A stretch of DNA of 56,267 bases from Octopus bimaculoides. Its lineage: Eukaryota. How positions within the stretch are numbered: the stretch's first letter is position 1; every line of letters starts with the position of its first letter. This document shows positions 22,780 to 38,199 of the stretch, one piece after another. The stretch covers positions 27,201,061 through 27,257,327 of the forward strand of contig NC_068981.1 in NCBI RefSeq assembly GCF_001194135.2, in the 5' to 3' direction. The notes below the pieces were generated by a model. The model worked only from the letters and a program-made list of their open reading frames with translations, was not told the origin of the DNA and ran no database searches. The position numbers and the translations under genes are program-made.

Positions 22780-23330
22780 GAAACAAGAAAACAGAATTGA
22801 CGATATGGGTGCTCTTGGACAAATTATTAGGAAGAATTTCTAAAACTCAATCGTTGATAAAATTCTGTTTGATGCCAAACGTGAAGAAAAGGAACCAAAT
22901 ATTAACCACCTCCTGAGTGCAGAAATCTACCAAAAAGCTAGAAAGTAACAAATCCTTGCATGACTCTTTTGATTGCAATGGGTTGTTATCCAATTTTGTG
23001 GATTCAACGTGGTAAAAAAGTGTCACCCTACACAGGAACCAGAATCTGCTTCGGTAAATGTTAATTACAGGATTTTATATTTATCGAATGTGAGTGAGCA
23101 TACTTCAAATAAGGAGACCTAATACAATCGTATAGCTTAGAAAAAATGTGTAAGATAGATTTTGAAATGCCATATTATAATGTGGAAACTGAGAAAATCG
23201 AGATGTATCGAAACCTGATGATTTTGGAACTCATTGGTGAAAATATTTCGCATAGTAACTGGTGCACTCGAAACAACACATAAAACGTAGAAAGTTATAG
23301 AAATTGCTAGATATATTGTCGATAGGCAGA
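22780..23330 (+). mobile_element. Highly decayed RT fragment, probably R4-type
   Basis: Pieces such as LSAEIYQK/LESNKSLHD and RRPNTIV fall in the order expected around RT domains 2-3; many frameshifts. Confidence 0.35.
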
Positions 23331-25836
23331 AAAACTTTCATCTTGTATTCGGTTAGAATCCCTGAGAAATAGTCTTGATATATGAGGAAACTTTTCACCA
23401 AATCTTACGGGGTAGTGTTCCTTCTATTTAATTAAGCGTATAGATTTTAATAATAATATCTATAACATTGATGGTGGTGTTCTGATTAAAGATGAGGATA
23501 ATAAAATTTATCTTTATAACAATCCTAATTTAAGTTTCAAAATCCTTGTCAAATATACTTTGAAGAGTTTGAATATTATAAAGGACGAGTTAATTATGAA
23601 AAGCCAATTTCAATCAATCTATTGTTTACACGTTAGAAATATTATCACTTAAATGCGTCTTTAGTGAAGTATATAGGCAATCTAACGTATGTGAATGTTT
23701 TTGCATTGCTGGCATAATAAAAATGATCGGTACTACTATTTTACTAACACCAATATATTTCCACTTAAATAACCATAAACCACCAGTCCATGCATGCATG
23801 CATGCATTCATACATATATATATACATACGTACAGATACACACTCATATATATNNNNNNNNNNNNNNNNNNNNNNNNNNNNNNNNNNNNNNNNNNNNNNN
23901 NNNNNNNNNNNNNNNNNNNNNNNNNNNNNNNNNNNNNNNNNNNNNNNNNNNNNNNNNNNNNNNNNNNNNNNNNNNNNNNNNNNNNNNNNNNNNNNNNNNN
24001 NNNNNNNNNNNNNNNNNNNNNNNNNNNNNNNNNNNNNNNNNNNNNNNNNNNNNNNNNNNNNNNNNNNNNNNNNNNNNNNNNNNNNNNNNNNNNNNNNNNN
24101 NNNNNNNNNNNNNNNNNNNNNNNNNNNNNNNNNNNNNNNNNNNNNNNNNNNNNNNNNNNNNNNNNNNNNNNNNNNNNNNNNNNNNNNNNNNNNNNNNNNN
24201 NNNNNNNNNNNNNNNNNNNNNNNNNNNNNNNNNNNNNNNNNNNNNNNNNNNNNNNNNNNNNNNNNNNNNNNNNNNNNNNNNNNNNNNNNNNNNNNNNNNN
24301 NNNNNNNNNNNNNNNNNNNNNNNNNNNNNNNNNNNNNNNNNNNNNNNNNNNNNNNNNNNNNNNNNNNNNNNNNNNNNNNNNNNNNNNNNNNNNNNNNNNN
24401 NNNNNNNNNNNNNNNNNNNNNNNNNNNNNNNNNNNNNNNNNNNNNNNNNNNNNNNNNNNNNNNNNNNNNNNNNNNNNNNNNNNNNNNNNNNNNNNNNNNN
24501 NNNNNNNNNNNNNNNNNNNNNNNNNNNNNNNNNNNNNNNNNNNNNNNNNNNNNNNNNNNNNNNNNNNNNNNNNNNNNNNNNNNNNNNNNNNNNNNNNNNN
24601 NNNNNNNNNNNNNNNNNNNNNNNNNNNNNNNNNNNNNNNNNNNNNNNNNNNNNNNNNNNNNNNNNNNNNNNNNNNNNNNNNNNNNNNNNNNNNNNNNNNN
24701 NNNNNNNNNNNNNNNNNNNNNNNNNNNNNNNNNNNNNNNNNNNTATATATATATATATGTATATATGAACATATTAACACACAATTATATATGCTGATAT
24801 ACTGATAATGTGTTGAACAAACGCATATATAAGCTCGTAAACATTCCCACAAACGAGTGTATGTGTATGTGTATGTGTATTTGAGTCTATGCGAGAGTGT
24901 AGCTACATATATCTATATTGTGACATTTCCTTTATAATTCCAGCCATTTATCACACATGAAATTATTTCCTTATAACGACTTCCTTAATTTGTTTATTAC
25001 TAAACTTCTCTTGCAGCATCCCTACAGATATGTCCCTTTAATCCCATCAATTATCATTTAGAGAAATGTTTTATACAGGATAGAATTATTTCATATAAAA
25101 CGTTGTCATGCGACTATTATGTATGAGAAAAAGTTTCCATGTGAGTATTTATTGCGTCCCTTTCAGTTTACATGCCGGATAAAAATTAACAATGTGTTGG
25201 GGTTAGAGTGGGGTCCAGGTATCTTCATTAATCTGAAGGAGATAAAACTGAATACCTGTCCATTTCCAGTGCTGTTTAGCTCGGCTGCCCAAGTTGTTAG
25301 AGTCTCTGCACTGACGATCAGAAGATCGTTCTTCGTTTGCCCGAAAGGGCTGCATGCAGTGCTGTTACAGGAAAGACTTCATTTCACCTTGCTGTGCGAC
25401 TAATACACCTGACGTTTGGTATATTGTACAACTTTATAAGCAATATCCTTTTAATGAACGGTGTCACCTAAGGTGCAGTACAAAAGTTTGAGAACTATAT
25501 AAAACTAAATACATTCTTTTACATGCAAACATTTCTACATGCTAAGCAATGCATGTGAATCTGTGTGCACGCGTGTGCAGGCATGTGTATGTTTATAAGT
25601 ATGTATTAAATATGCAACTATGAGTAACGTCGTAAATTTTATCGAATATTTTATCCTTATTTGAAACGTTAAATGAATTAAAAATATAATTGTTCCAAAA
25701 AGAGCTTAATGTTTTTTGTTTTAATCTGGTACTTTCTCTAGCAGTTTCTTTTTTCGTTTTCTAAAATAAAAGATCTGAAGAAACCAACGACTTATTTAGC
25801 GATAGAGAGCTGAACATACATAAAACCGACACAAAT

Positions 25837-25886
<50 letters not shown>

Positions 25887-26069
25887 TGTATTATTATATG
25901 ATTGAACGCCACGCATCCATTTCCAAGTAATTTTATCTTAATAATTTTGAAGTGACTCTACCCTGTATTGTTCTCGCTCTCCCCCATTGACTTTCTCTGT
26001 CTTCTTTTCTCTGACTTTTTCTTCCCTTCTCCCCCTTTCGTTTTTTTCTCTCTCGTCCTTTCTCTAATT

Positions 26070-27030
26070 CTTTTTCTCCCCTTCACTGTACAGCTCCGAA
26101 ACAGCTGGGCTCTCTTACCTCAGGGAAGACCTAGATGGAAAGGACTCAGCATACAAAAAGATCATGCATGGGTATGTTGCACGGAAGCTTTGAGAAGACA
26201 TTGGAATTGACACGAAGCGCAGCCTCCCTTGGACACAAGACACTACATCACATCATACTTTGAAGGCTATGCGTTTGCACGCCAGGAACAAAAGATTGCC
26301 ACAAATTACCTGGTGAACAAGAGAGACAATGATGCTCTTGTAATCCCAAGGTGCAACCGCATGTGTAGGTTATGCCCTGTTTCTGTCGAAGACATTACGG
26401 ATCTGATTAGCAGCTGTCCTAAAATGTCAAGGTACTACCTCTCTATGCGGCACGATGTTGTTGCTAAAACAATTTACAATGCCATCCGCAAAAAAGACTG
26501 TCATGAAATAACTTATAAAATCCCTCTATTATGGAATAAATTCATAAATACCAACTCAAGGAATACTGGTGGAATATTCCATTCAAAACTTCTGTCAAAT
26601 GTAAGCATAACAAGCCGGATATTGTTGTTTGGGACAGAGTAAAAGGTATGTACCATCATAGAAGTTAGCCGTCCTGCAGATATAAATATCTCTTTGAAAT
26701 CGAAGAAAAAGCGGATACCTATGGACAACTTTCAGCTTCTATATCCAGACTATGAATTCATATTCATACCAATAATAATTGGAGCACTAGATTTTGTTAA
26801 TAAATGCTTAAAGGAGAATCTGGATTAACTGGGATTTTCAGAAAGAGACACTGACCGGCTGAATTGTACATTATAAGTGCAATCTATGAGTGGATCGGTA
26901 AAAAATATGCAAGATTTTTCTGAAGTTCCAAATGGGAATTCGTATGTGTTACCTAGATCCCAAAGATGGAGCCTTGTATCTTTGTTGGAAACCGGCTCTC
27001 GCCTCAGTGGAAGATTTATAAAAATTAAAA
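26070..27030 (+). mobile_element. R4-like non-LTR retrotransposon 3' fragment (Zn knuckle plus REL endonuclease plus 3'UTR)
   Basis: FEGYAFARQEQKIATNYL..CNRMCRLCPVSVEDITDLISSCPKMSRYYLSMRHDVVAKTIY, then PDIVVWDR..TIIEVS.PAD..LQLLYPDYEFIFIPIIIGAL in shifted frames. Confidence 0.85.
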
Positions 27031-28448
27031 AATAGAAGAGACATACATACATACGTAAATATATACATACATACTACTCGCTTTTCAGCTTTCGTCTAAC
27101 AAATTCACTCACAAGGTTATGTTCTCTAGAAGACGACTTTTGTACAATGTGTCGCACAGTGAGACTGAATATAATACAACTTGACATAGCACACTAACAT
27201 TTATATGTAAGAAACACATTTTGGTTAATACCAATGTCTCTCTTCTCATAACATTTCATATTGCTTCAATAGTATCGAGTTAAATTGTGCCTGTACAAGA
27301 TTTTACTCTCTATAAGTACTTTATGATATTTTCACTTGACAGTAAATTACACCTGATATGTATTATCAGAATTTCAACATAATTTATACAGCAAATGAAA
27401 TATATAATTAATCTTATTTGCAACTCATCACAAAGTCACTACATTATTACAAAAACTAAAGTAGAACACTGTGATTCTTCATTCTCAAGAGCAATTGTAT
27501 CGTAATTGAAAAAAATATAAGCAGTCGAAGAATGAATCAAGATTCAATCTATTTTTTTTCTGTAAATTAGTGTATGTAGTTGGTATTAAAACTACGCAAT
27601 TCATTCAAAATACTGAAGTCATAAAATAACCTCAACAATCTCGGAGCATATGATTGTGAGATTATACAGTATTATTTTAGTAACTTATAGTCTCTTTAAT
27701 AAAGCTTAGTAAATGACTGGTAGTTATTTAACAGAACAGAAAATCTGAAAAAACAAAACCAAGTCGTGTAATGCTCAACATCAAAGCGTAAAAAAAAAGA
27801 AAAAAATTCAATCGTAATGTTGGCCATTATTTTCACGATCTTGATCTTAACCACACATCATAGACTGAGCTAAAACAATGACGTTACAGGTATCTTAAAG
27901 GAGGGAAATGCATTGAATTAATAGAATTCATAGGGCGCTGATCTAAAAGCATTTTGCTATTTAATTTCATCGAGTTTAAAGCTACTACTATCCTTACTTG
28001 GTTTAGCAAATACAAAATCTTCATATATATGTAGCCTTGTGCTTCATGTAGCTATTGAATACATTATGAGAATTCTCTTAATTTGAAGTTATTACAAATC
28101 TCCATAAACCAAACTGACCAACATGTAAATATCGAATTGTCATGTCTTCCTAAATAAATATATTGATGCCTTACTAAAGCTAAAACGAAACGTAAAACAG
28201 GAAACAATGCAATTAATATGGTTTCCAAATGGTATATTTTTCTATTGTTTCGTGTAATAAAAAGTAGAAAAGAAAAGTGCTCTCAGTGCAGATCTAATGA
28301 GATCAGATTCAAAATGTACCGAACCATGAATGCTGCAGTTCATGGGTTTGCCGAACATAGAATGCAGGATTTATGCATTTTAACCCGCAAAATATATATA
28401 CATACACACACACACACGCACACACACACACACACACACACACGCACG

Positions 28449-28490
<42 letters not shown>

Positions 28491-29001
28491 NNNNNNNNNN
28501 NNNNNNNNNNNNNNNNNNNNNNNNNNNNNNNNNNNNNNNNNNNNNNNNNNNNNNNNNNNNNNNNNNNNNNNNNNNNNNNNNNNNNNNNNNNNNNNNNNNN
28601 NNNNNNNNNNNNNNNNNNNNNNNNNNNNNNNNNNNNNNNNNNNNNNNNNNNNNNNNNNNNNNNNNNNNNNNNNNNNNNNNNNNNNNNNNNNNNNNNNNNN
28701 NNNNNNNNNNNNNNNNNNNNNNNNNNNNNNNNNNNNNNNNNNNNNNNNNNNNNNNNNNNNNNNNNNNNNNNNNNNNNNNNNNNNNNNNNNNNNNNNNNNN
28801 NNNNNNNNNNNNNNNNNNNNNNNNNNNNNNNNNNNNNNNNNNNNNNNNNNNNNNNNNNNNNNNNNNNNNNNNNNNNNNNNNNNNNNNNNNNNNNNNNNNN
28901 NNNNNNNNNNNNNNNNNNNNNNNNNNNNNNNNNNNNNNNNNNNNNNNNNNNNNNNNNNNNNNNNNNNNNNNNNNNNNNNNNNNNNNNNNNNNNNNNNNNN
29001 N

Positions 29002-29034
<33 letters not shown>

Positions 29035-29249
29035 CAAGACAGTACACACAAGGGATATCTGCTACATGAATCGTGAATTTATTTCTCTAAGTAATTTCAG
29101 AATTCGTGAAATATGTTCACTCCATTTAAAGGATAGTAATAGAGCTATATACTTAAATTAATTTACTTCTTTACTACGTTTCGTCATTCGAGTGCAATTC
29201 TGCTGATGTAACAGACTGATTCCGGATACTAAGTTCCATGTCTATTGTC

Positions 29250-30400
29250 AGTGTTCAACTTTCACACCCATCTAAAAGTATTAAATGGGCCAGTTCTATC
29301 TTCTCTTTTTTTCTAATTGTCTGAGCTGCTTTTGTATGGAGGAAAGTGGTTCCAAGTTATTTAAGGTTTTCTACTTCAGGATTTTGACTATCACACGCGA
29401 TGGCAGATGTTGGACTATGAATGTAGCTATTAATCAAAATCTTATTCTTTTCTTACCTGGCTATCAGGCTGTTCATTCCTGACACTATTTTCAATCTGGT
29501 GTTGAATACCTGGAGTTCTGTTTTGTTATTTCAAATTAGATCCATGTCAGTTGAACACAGGTTGTAAAAGAGCTGCCTTTCAATGGATATGGTGGCGTGG
29601 AAGTCACGTAATCTCACCTGTATGCTATTTTCCAAGATGTTCGAAAATACTAGGGAAATGACATAGTCTTGACTGTTCTGATTTAAAATGAACAACAGAA
29701 CAATGTTCAATCTTCGAAGTATACTTGAGTCATTTGAGTCATTGAGTTAAATATCGAAGTTAAAATCTGTAGTCGATTGCCACAAAACCAAGTCCAGTCA
29801 TAGTAATTTTGAAGTCATTGAAGTTGTGGTAGTGGCCAGTTGTTGGCGTTGCTGATGGTTTTCTATCGACAATCTTATGTTAGATATTTATTCCGATATA
29901 TTTCATTATGACCTAATTACTGCAAATTTTCCTGCGAGGACATCAGCCTTCCACAGTCGTCTGTTTAGGAAATCTCTCAACATTACTTTACTGAGGTGAC
30001 AACTCTACGTGATGATTCTTTTTATACTGGTAAAGCCTTCATTTGTACTTATGGGGATAGTTTATCAGTAAGAAATTTCTCAAATGCGTCTATATGTGGC
30101 TGATAGTTCTATAGTAAGTTTTGGTCATCTGTGTTTCAGGGTTTCTTGAATTTTGTTAATTCCCAAGGTTTTCACTTCTTTCAGCATATACTTTGCGTCT
30201 TCAACTTTCTCTTGAATTATTGGAACAGCTTCAAGGTCTCTGCTGTTATTGTTGACTTTCTTCAGAACCTCAGTTTCATATCTATGTTAATATCTGTGTT
30301 TCTTACAGTACTCATACCATATTCTGATGACAGCAGACTTGTCTGTGACAAGATATCACTTTTTCACTTCAATGGTAATAGAAATTTGTTGCCTTGAATT
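29250..30400 (-). mobile_element. Decayed LINE-like segment (possible AP endonuclease and upstream ORF remnants)
   Basis: Strand-biased composition, and ILINSYIHSPTS resembling the APE IINxYAP motif; no long open frame. Confidence 0.3.
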
Positions 30401-30643
30401 TGTTAACATTTTTAATATATCAAAAGAAAAAAAAAACAACTTTCGTATCGCCTTTCTTTAACCCAGAGTCGATACAGTCGCATTGGTCCTGTACCCACTT
30501 AGCAGCTTCATACACTTTCTTTTATCACATCACTGTACTGTACTGATCAGTTGATTTAGGATGTGTTAATTAGTTATTGTCTAGATCTCGTCGACAAAAA
30601 AGAAGCCCACAATATCCTCGGTGATTTCATAATTTGTCCTTAC

Positions 30644-30786
30644 TCTTTTTCTTCACTGTTTAAACTGCACTTCACTGAAATAATTTTCTCTACTTTCGTC
30701 CAATATTAAATGCACTTCGCCGAGAATTTTAATTCGTTTTCGTCTAGAAAGGAACATTGTTCGTTTGTTCTCAAAATAAATCGCTG
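30644..30786 (-). other. Candidate 143-nt exon (non-coding or terminal coding)
   Basis: Strong acceptor tttctgtttcttttcttgttactctacag and donor A|gtaagg; all three frames hit a stop within the exon. Confidence 0.25.
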
Positions 30787-30936
30787 CTGTAGAGTAACAA
30801 GAAAAGAAACAGAAATTATATAAGATTTGTGATGTATTGAATATCTTGAGAAAGGAGCATAAATTACCATGTGGCGTTTTCAAATATAAATTACAAATAG
30901 AAAAAAGATGATTATAATAACACAAAAATAATAAGA

Positions 30937-30937
<1 letters not shown>

Positions 30938-31000
<63 letters not shown>
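30938..31000. repeat. (TAG)n microsatellite
   Basis: Direct reading. Confidence 0.95.
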
Positions 31001-31001
<1 letters not shown>

Positions 31002-31997
31002 TTTCAAATTTATTAAATAAATTTACAGCGCTGGCTATGAATTATTACTGTATACAACATATTTGCTGTTATGATTCAAATTCCAAGTAAAGGATTAGTA
31101 CATAATCTGTTGGTTGTAAATAAATGTTACGCTTGATGGCTTTAATTTCAAATAATAATCAACATAATCAATCGTAAATTAATCCGTCATGTACAACGCA
31201 CTTTTATATGTATATTTATATGAGTGAATGTCAATAAATGTGCGTGCATGTATCAATCTTTTCTAAAAGAAAAACAGAGACACACCTAAACTCGCGCCTA
31301 CATATATATATATATATATATATTAGCTTTAAGAAAGAGCATGCACACAAATTGATGCATACAATAATTTTCAAATTTTACCGATACATAGAGATTCACA
31401 TACAACAGACACATACACGCACACACACACACACACACATACACACACACGCACACACACACNNNNNNNNNNNNNNNNNNNNNNNNNNNNNNNNNNNNNN
31501 NNNNNNNNNNNNNNNNNNNNNNNNNNNNNNNNNNNNNNNNNNNNNNNNNNNNNNNNNNNNNNNNNNNNNNNNNNNNNNNNNNNNNNNNNNNNNNNNNNNN
31601 NNNNNNNNNNNNNNNNNNNNNNNNNNNNNNNNNNNNNNNNNNNNNNNNNNNNNNNNNNNNNNNNNNNNNNNNNNNNNNNNNNNNNNNNNNNNNNNNNNNN
31701 NNNNNNNNNNNNNNNNNNNNNNNNNNNNNNNNNNNNNNNNNNNNNNNNNNNNNNNNNNNNNNNNNNNNNNNNNNNNNNNNNNNNNNNNNNNNNNNNNNNN
31801 NNNNNNNNNNNNNNNNNNNNNNNNNNNNNNNNNNNNNNNNNNNNNNNNNNNNNNNNNNNNNNNNNNNNNNNNNNNNNNNNNNNNNNNNNNNNNNNNNNNN
31901 NNNNNNNNNNNNNNNNNNNNNNNNNNNNNNNNNNNNNNNNNNNNNNNNNNNNNNNNNNNNNNNNNNNNNNNNNNNNNNNNNNNNNNNNNNNNNNNNN

Positions 31998-32036
<39 letters not shown>

Positions 32037-32299
32037 GCACACATATAAGTAGTTGTATGTATGTATATATATATATATATATATATAAATATATACATAT
32101 CGTGATAGATAGATAGATATATAGATAGACTGTATAATGTATTATATCCCGCCGTTTTCACCGACAAATGTACTCTACACATACTTTTCAGGTGTCAAAA
32201 TCTTGAAATTTGAATTTCAGTTAACCATCCTCCGACACCTAAGTAGATGTACTTTAGTTATGTTTGCATAAGCTTTTAAGTGCCTTTCACCTAGTTGGT

Positions 32300-32700
32300 G
32301 TCATTCAAATCCTTATTTCAAATGGAGATTGTGCAAAGACGATTGCCCGACAGCCCACACAGCGTTCTGCAAACAGAAACTCATCGTTCCGAAATATTCG
32401 TCAATAGATTTTTCCTTGAACCACAGAGAAATTCCTGTGCTTCTGAGCCAACGTCGACATATTAGGGTCCAACAATTTACATTGTAGGTGTTACGCTACC
32501 CACGCCAATGATTTGTTTCCGGTGGTTAGATGTTGTGTAGGAACAAAGCACACAGTCTACATACGCTGATGGAAATTTTATGCAAAAGTTTGTCACTCAT
32601 TGAAGTACAAACAGCAACAGGATTTTCATCTTCAGATACTGAAATAAGTAACGAACTCCCTTCACATATATTTCATATCTACCTTCGTCACTTCTTTAAA
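32300..32700 (+). mobile_element. Very decayed LINE RT fragment (possible)
   Basis: A frameshifted ILGPTIYI (LGPxLF-like, about 32460-32490) is followed by TYADG (YADD-like, about 32560). Confidence 0.3.
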
Positions 32701-33129
32701 TAAATGACCTCGCTTTATCAGTCTCCATCCCCTCAAAACCTCAATAATTCTTTGACTATATTGAGAATAAGTATTTCACTTCATTTCACTTCACTTCAAA
32801 TGCTGAAAGTACAAAAACAGAAATATTTCAAACCTTCAACTCTTTACATCAAGAAATTTCAATACTTGAATGGATTAGCAAGCGACATGTAGACAATCTA
32901 AATAGAGATGATGTAATTTCATCGTTAGACACTATAAAAATGCAGAATATATATTTATTTGCATTTCACACTTTGAGCTGATTCACAGTTTCCTAGTGTT
33001 AATCATCAGGATCTGAAGAGTTTAATTTAGCAAATTACGTATTATTTACGCAGGTCATATTTACAAAGAACAAGAAAAGCTACTCATCTTCCATTTTATT
33101 GTTGCTGATGCTTATAGCCGTATCACCTA

Positions 33130-34800
33130 GTACTTGTTTTGAACATTTTATCACAATCATTTCCAAGGCTTCGGGAACTCACCCCTGTCAAACAGGCCGC
33201 CATTGGTATCTTTCTTTACGTTCATGTATTTAATAAATTCTGGACCAAATTCTCTTTGCCCCGATGTGTGCACTCGTATTTTACGATCTTCCGTGACATC
33301 TTTCAAGCAGTCTTGAAGAATAGGTTGGTTTTCTTGAACGAGTTAAAAAGCATTTCTTTGGTATACCACAGGATTATGCCCATCCGAATGTTCAGCGAAC
33401 AAAATCTGTTTGAATATTCTCTTTTTTTACTTCGGTCATGCCGGGGCACCGTCTCGAAGAACTTTTAGTCGAATGGATCGGTACTATGACTTCCTTTTTT
33501 AAAGCCTGGTTCTAATTCTATTGTTCTTTTGTTGATTTTTTTTACCGAAACACTAAGTTATTGTGTGTGAAGAGAGATAGGCAGATAGATTGGTAGAAAT
33601 AGGAATAGATAAATAGATAGAAGGAAAATGATATCTTCGGTACCTCTTTGTAATTCTATATTTCAACCAGAGTTTTCTCAATCTTCTGACCAAATGGTCC
33701 CACAGCTTACGAAAGCTGTAGCCAATATACAGTGACTGTTGAAGATCTGGGACTATTTACTCCATTTGAACTTTAGGAAAGACTGTGACAGGAGATCTAG
33801 AATGATGTCATTTTGTGAAGATCTGCAGGTAAAGGTTAGTGCGGCTCACGTTAGTAGGTAGATGGGAAATGTGTGATGCCAGAAGGAGAGACGAGGGAGA
33901 TATATGCATCAGACTAAAGGAGTCACAAAAACTAGCAATATTTGAGCGCCAGGTGACATAAGAAAAGACAAGTAAAACAAACAACAACTTTCTGGGCAAG
34001 AAACAGATATGCGGACATAAGTGAAGTTTTGATAATCAAACTATTTACCCAAAATTGAGTAGTAGTGTGGTGGAGCAGTATCCCATTTCGGGTTTCAACT
34101 GACATCTTTGTAATTTGGTAGGTGAGGGAACTTGTGAGTTGTGCATTGCACAGAGACAACTTCCGTGAGTTTTTGGTGATTGTTTTGCAAGATACATGTT
34201 GAAGGGTAAGTGTGATCCAGTTTATAGTGAACGATTTCTCAATTATTTAAACTTTTACATAGTGAATGAAATATCAAATGTACTCACAACTAAATCAAAC
34301 TCAGACCTTAAATTGTAAGCATTGTTGTGCATGTGATGTGTGATGTAGAGGCGCATTAAATACATGTGTAGTTATTGTTGATGAGTCTAACAGTGATTCA
34401 TGTCAGTGCCAAGAATTGTTGACATAGAACAGGCATATCGCTGACAACTTTGAAGTGCAGTAGGGGAGTGTTTGTAGCTCCTGAGTGTTTGTAGCTCCTG
34501 AATAATATGTCGGGCAGTGGTTATAATACAGTGTACGGATGAATCTGATAGTTATATACAACGCTATGATCTGTTATAAAACGGATTTGATGGTCGGGCA
34601 GACTTCACTTGTGTTTAATGTATCTATATGTAGGTTAGGATTGAGAATTATGGATGTGGAAATTTGAATATTCGACATATTTTGGTTTCTGCATCGGTGG
34701 CATTTTATAGGGAGACTATGGGAGGTAAGAGATGTGAGAATTTTCAATGACTGCAGAGAGAAAGTGAAATGAAATGGAATAGGTACCCCAAAACGTAGGA
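33130..34800 (-). mobile_element. Decayed LINE-like segment (possible APE end through RT N-terminus)
   Basis: TDHSVV (SDH-like, about 34570), SCGIPKE and LFDRGEFPKPWK (GxFPxxWK-like, about 33170-33200) occur in LINE order. Confidence 0.35.
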
Positions 34801-35549
34801 AGAAATATAATCAAATGCTTGTTAGTGGTTCAAGGAATTTTCAGGCTTGCTCGTGTATTTGCAAACGTGAAAGCGGTAGAATCTGAACAAATGTAAGTGG
34901 AACTCATTGATGCCGATGTCCGGAAGAGGAGAATGGTAAAAGAGAGCGCGGGAAAGTATAAATGCTCATGTTTGCGCCTTTGGAAATGAAATGATGGATT
35001 GTAAATATTGGTTGACTGATTGGTATCGCAATAAAACTGGGTATGAAAATTACGTGCTAATGGAGTTTAAAATAGATCGATGTGGGGAAAAAGAAGGATG
35101 AATTGTCCTGTAGATTTATTTGTAGTTTTTCTTTGCTTGAAAAAGGGTAAGACGTATTTGATTGTTGGAAGCCTGGTCTGAATAATTGCAAATAGCACGA
35201 GACAGTATTTGGTGAGGTAAAATAAGGTGGTTCTATGAGACTACAGCGGAGGATTAATTCTCGATCATTTTAGAAATAAAATGGGTATGCGCGTGTATGC
35301 ATTTTTATGTGCTTTTGAGGCAGTGCGAATCTGTGCATGTGTGAAATAAAATGCACATACATTCCCACCTATGGACGCTAATCAATACTGTGGACTAAAC
35401 AAACTTTTGAATAAGTTCAAGTTTTGTGAATATTTGACCTAAAAAAAAGGCTATTTTCACTGTGGTCTGCTATAGAAGTAACTCTCGCTCCCGGCAAACT
35501 GGTCAAATACGTCACAAACATACTGGAACTCATTTAAAGTTTCTTACGT

Positions 35550-35607
<58 letters not shown>

Positions 35608-37438
35608 GTGTGTGTGTGTGCGCGTGTGTGCGTGTTCATGTGCATGTGCGTATTTGTCCCGGGTATGATTTTAAATTGCGCTCTGTAATGGTTCCTTGCT
35701 TCGGAAGTTTCCAGGAATTTAAGGAGTGTGGAACCACTTTTTGCCACATTTATTCCCTTAACAACTCTGACCCAAAGTAGTAGCACTTTTCCTTAGCTGT
35801 CCATATAAGGGAAGGTAACTCTATACAAATCCTGCATCCTGATGACTATTTGGCTTTGGCATTCTTTCGCTTAGACCGATACAAGTTTGAAGATCGAGAA
35901 AGTGACACTGGCTCTGTAATTCATTGTGCAGGTTTTTCAGTTACACAAAAAACTAACATAAAAAACATCAAAAATATCACACAAGTAGGGGACAGATAGG
36001 ATACTATTGTCAGATTTGGCTCAGCACACAACTGATCATGAAGTGAGCGTCGTTTTAGCCGTATCTTGTTGAACCCTCATTCGTCGAAGGGACGAGAGTT
36101 TCTAACATGTATGTGTATAATCGAATGTGATATTTGTGTCACCTAAAACTGAATGTTAAATAGAAACATCTAGTCTTTTACATGAGAAATCAGATTTTAC
36201 CCCCGATATTCTTCTAGATATGATTACTTTGTATTCTTACACACTCAATCTGGTGTTAGACTTTGTATCATAATCCCTTTTTCCACGTATTCTATTTACA
36301 GAAATTTTGGTATTTATATGAGTCAGGCTGTGGGCTATTTCATGCTACATAATTATATCAAAGATATATGCCGAAAGAACCCACCGTAAAATGACTTCAA
36401 AATTGCTAATTAACGAAATGTCTGTTAATTATTACACTAGAATCGCTAAGAGTTTAGAAGTTAAATGAACCCTCAAAGTAACTTAAATTGTAAATTACAG
36501 CTAAAGGGACAGACAATGCCATTTAGAGTTCAGCGCTTTTGCCTGAGTCACGGCTTAGCGTCGAAGATATTACTCGAAGCGACGCGATTATCTTCCGAGA
36601 TAAAACTTTTCATATATTTAAAATTTTGTAACAATCTTAACATATATTTTGTACGTTTATAATTTATATTATATAAGTTCCATTCTTCTTTTACACGTCA
36701 TGCGTAGAGTAAAACTCATTTGATAAAAAAAAGGCAAAAATAAACATGATCTGATAAACATGCTTCAGCTAGTTAGATGAAGATTTTTGCAATTTTCATA
36801 GAAAACAAGCACCATTCCATGATACAAGTTTTCCAGCAAAAAATAAGACAACTTCAAATCGATAAAACGCGATAAATCTTGAATCTTATTGTTAATTTCT
36901 TAGTTTGCATCGGAAATTTATTATCCACATTCCAGAAATGACGTTGTTAAATAGCAAACATCGAAAACCAAATTAAATCGATCGATGCCCGGTCAGGTAG
37001 AGAAATGTGAACTCATATGACCTCAATTAAACACTTTTTTCTTTATTTCTTACATTTTTTCATCTTGATTTTTCCACTCGTTTTCTTTGATATTTTTTCT
37101 TCTTTCTTTAAAACTTCTATTAGTTGTTTGTGGCTATTGTATTAATAGGAAGAATAATTTTTCTTGCGTTGGTACGGATGGATCTATCTTCCAGAGATTT
37201 TGACGTCTAATCTAAGTCATATTTATATTGTTTATTTCGAAAAATATTCTTTCTGTAGCAGGAACGAAAAAGCAAATTACAAATTACATGACCTTCCCGT
37301 TTGGGTATAGTGAAATGACCGGGAAATAAATGAAGCAAACATGAAATTATGCAGTAAAGCTGCCCATATATGTGTGAGTGTATATGTTTATATGTGTGTG
37401 TGCGTGTGCATGTGTGTATCAGCACAATATAAGGTGTA

Positions 37439-37483
<45 letters not shown>

Positions 37484-38199
37484 ATATATACATATATATA
37501 TATACACACATTCATTAGCATAATATAGGTGTATATATATGTATATAAATTATATATATATACATAGAGAGACGGGAAAGCGAGAGATATGTAATATATA
37601 TGCATATGCATATATTGTACTATTATATATACGTATATTTATATACACACGCATACACACATGTACAAGCTTATATTTTATGCATAAATATACATATATA
37701 TATGAAAATAATTATACACACGCATATATATGTGTATGTGAGTGTGTGTATGTGTGTATGTGCGCATGTGTGTTGCATTCTCTCACTTTGATTTCGACGT
37801 GTGAGTCATTACATTTTAGACATGCCTGCGTATTTCGTAGACTCGTGTACCGTTTATGTAAGTTCACAAGCAGAATCAGCCTGTCACTATATGACAACCC
37901 TAGATTTATGCATTACATGCACAATCAATCCAGTGATCTTCTGTACTGTTGTCGTTTATACATTATGAACCAAAACTTTTCTTCGCTGATAAGTTATTGT
38001 AAAGAAACTTGACGAAACACTATGCTGTGGTATTGAAATCAGGATTTAACAGCTGCAAAGTAATCTTTTTAATCACTTAACTAATCATATAATGGAAGAC
38101 GACACAGCAATGTATATGACTATCTCTTGATCATAGCTGCATGATTATCAGCTTTCACTTCAGCTATCATATAGGTGATTCATCTGAGATTGAATGTAG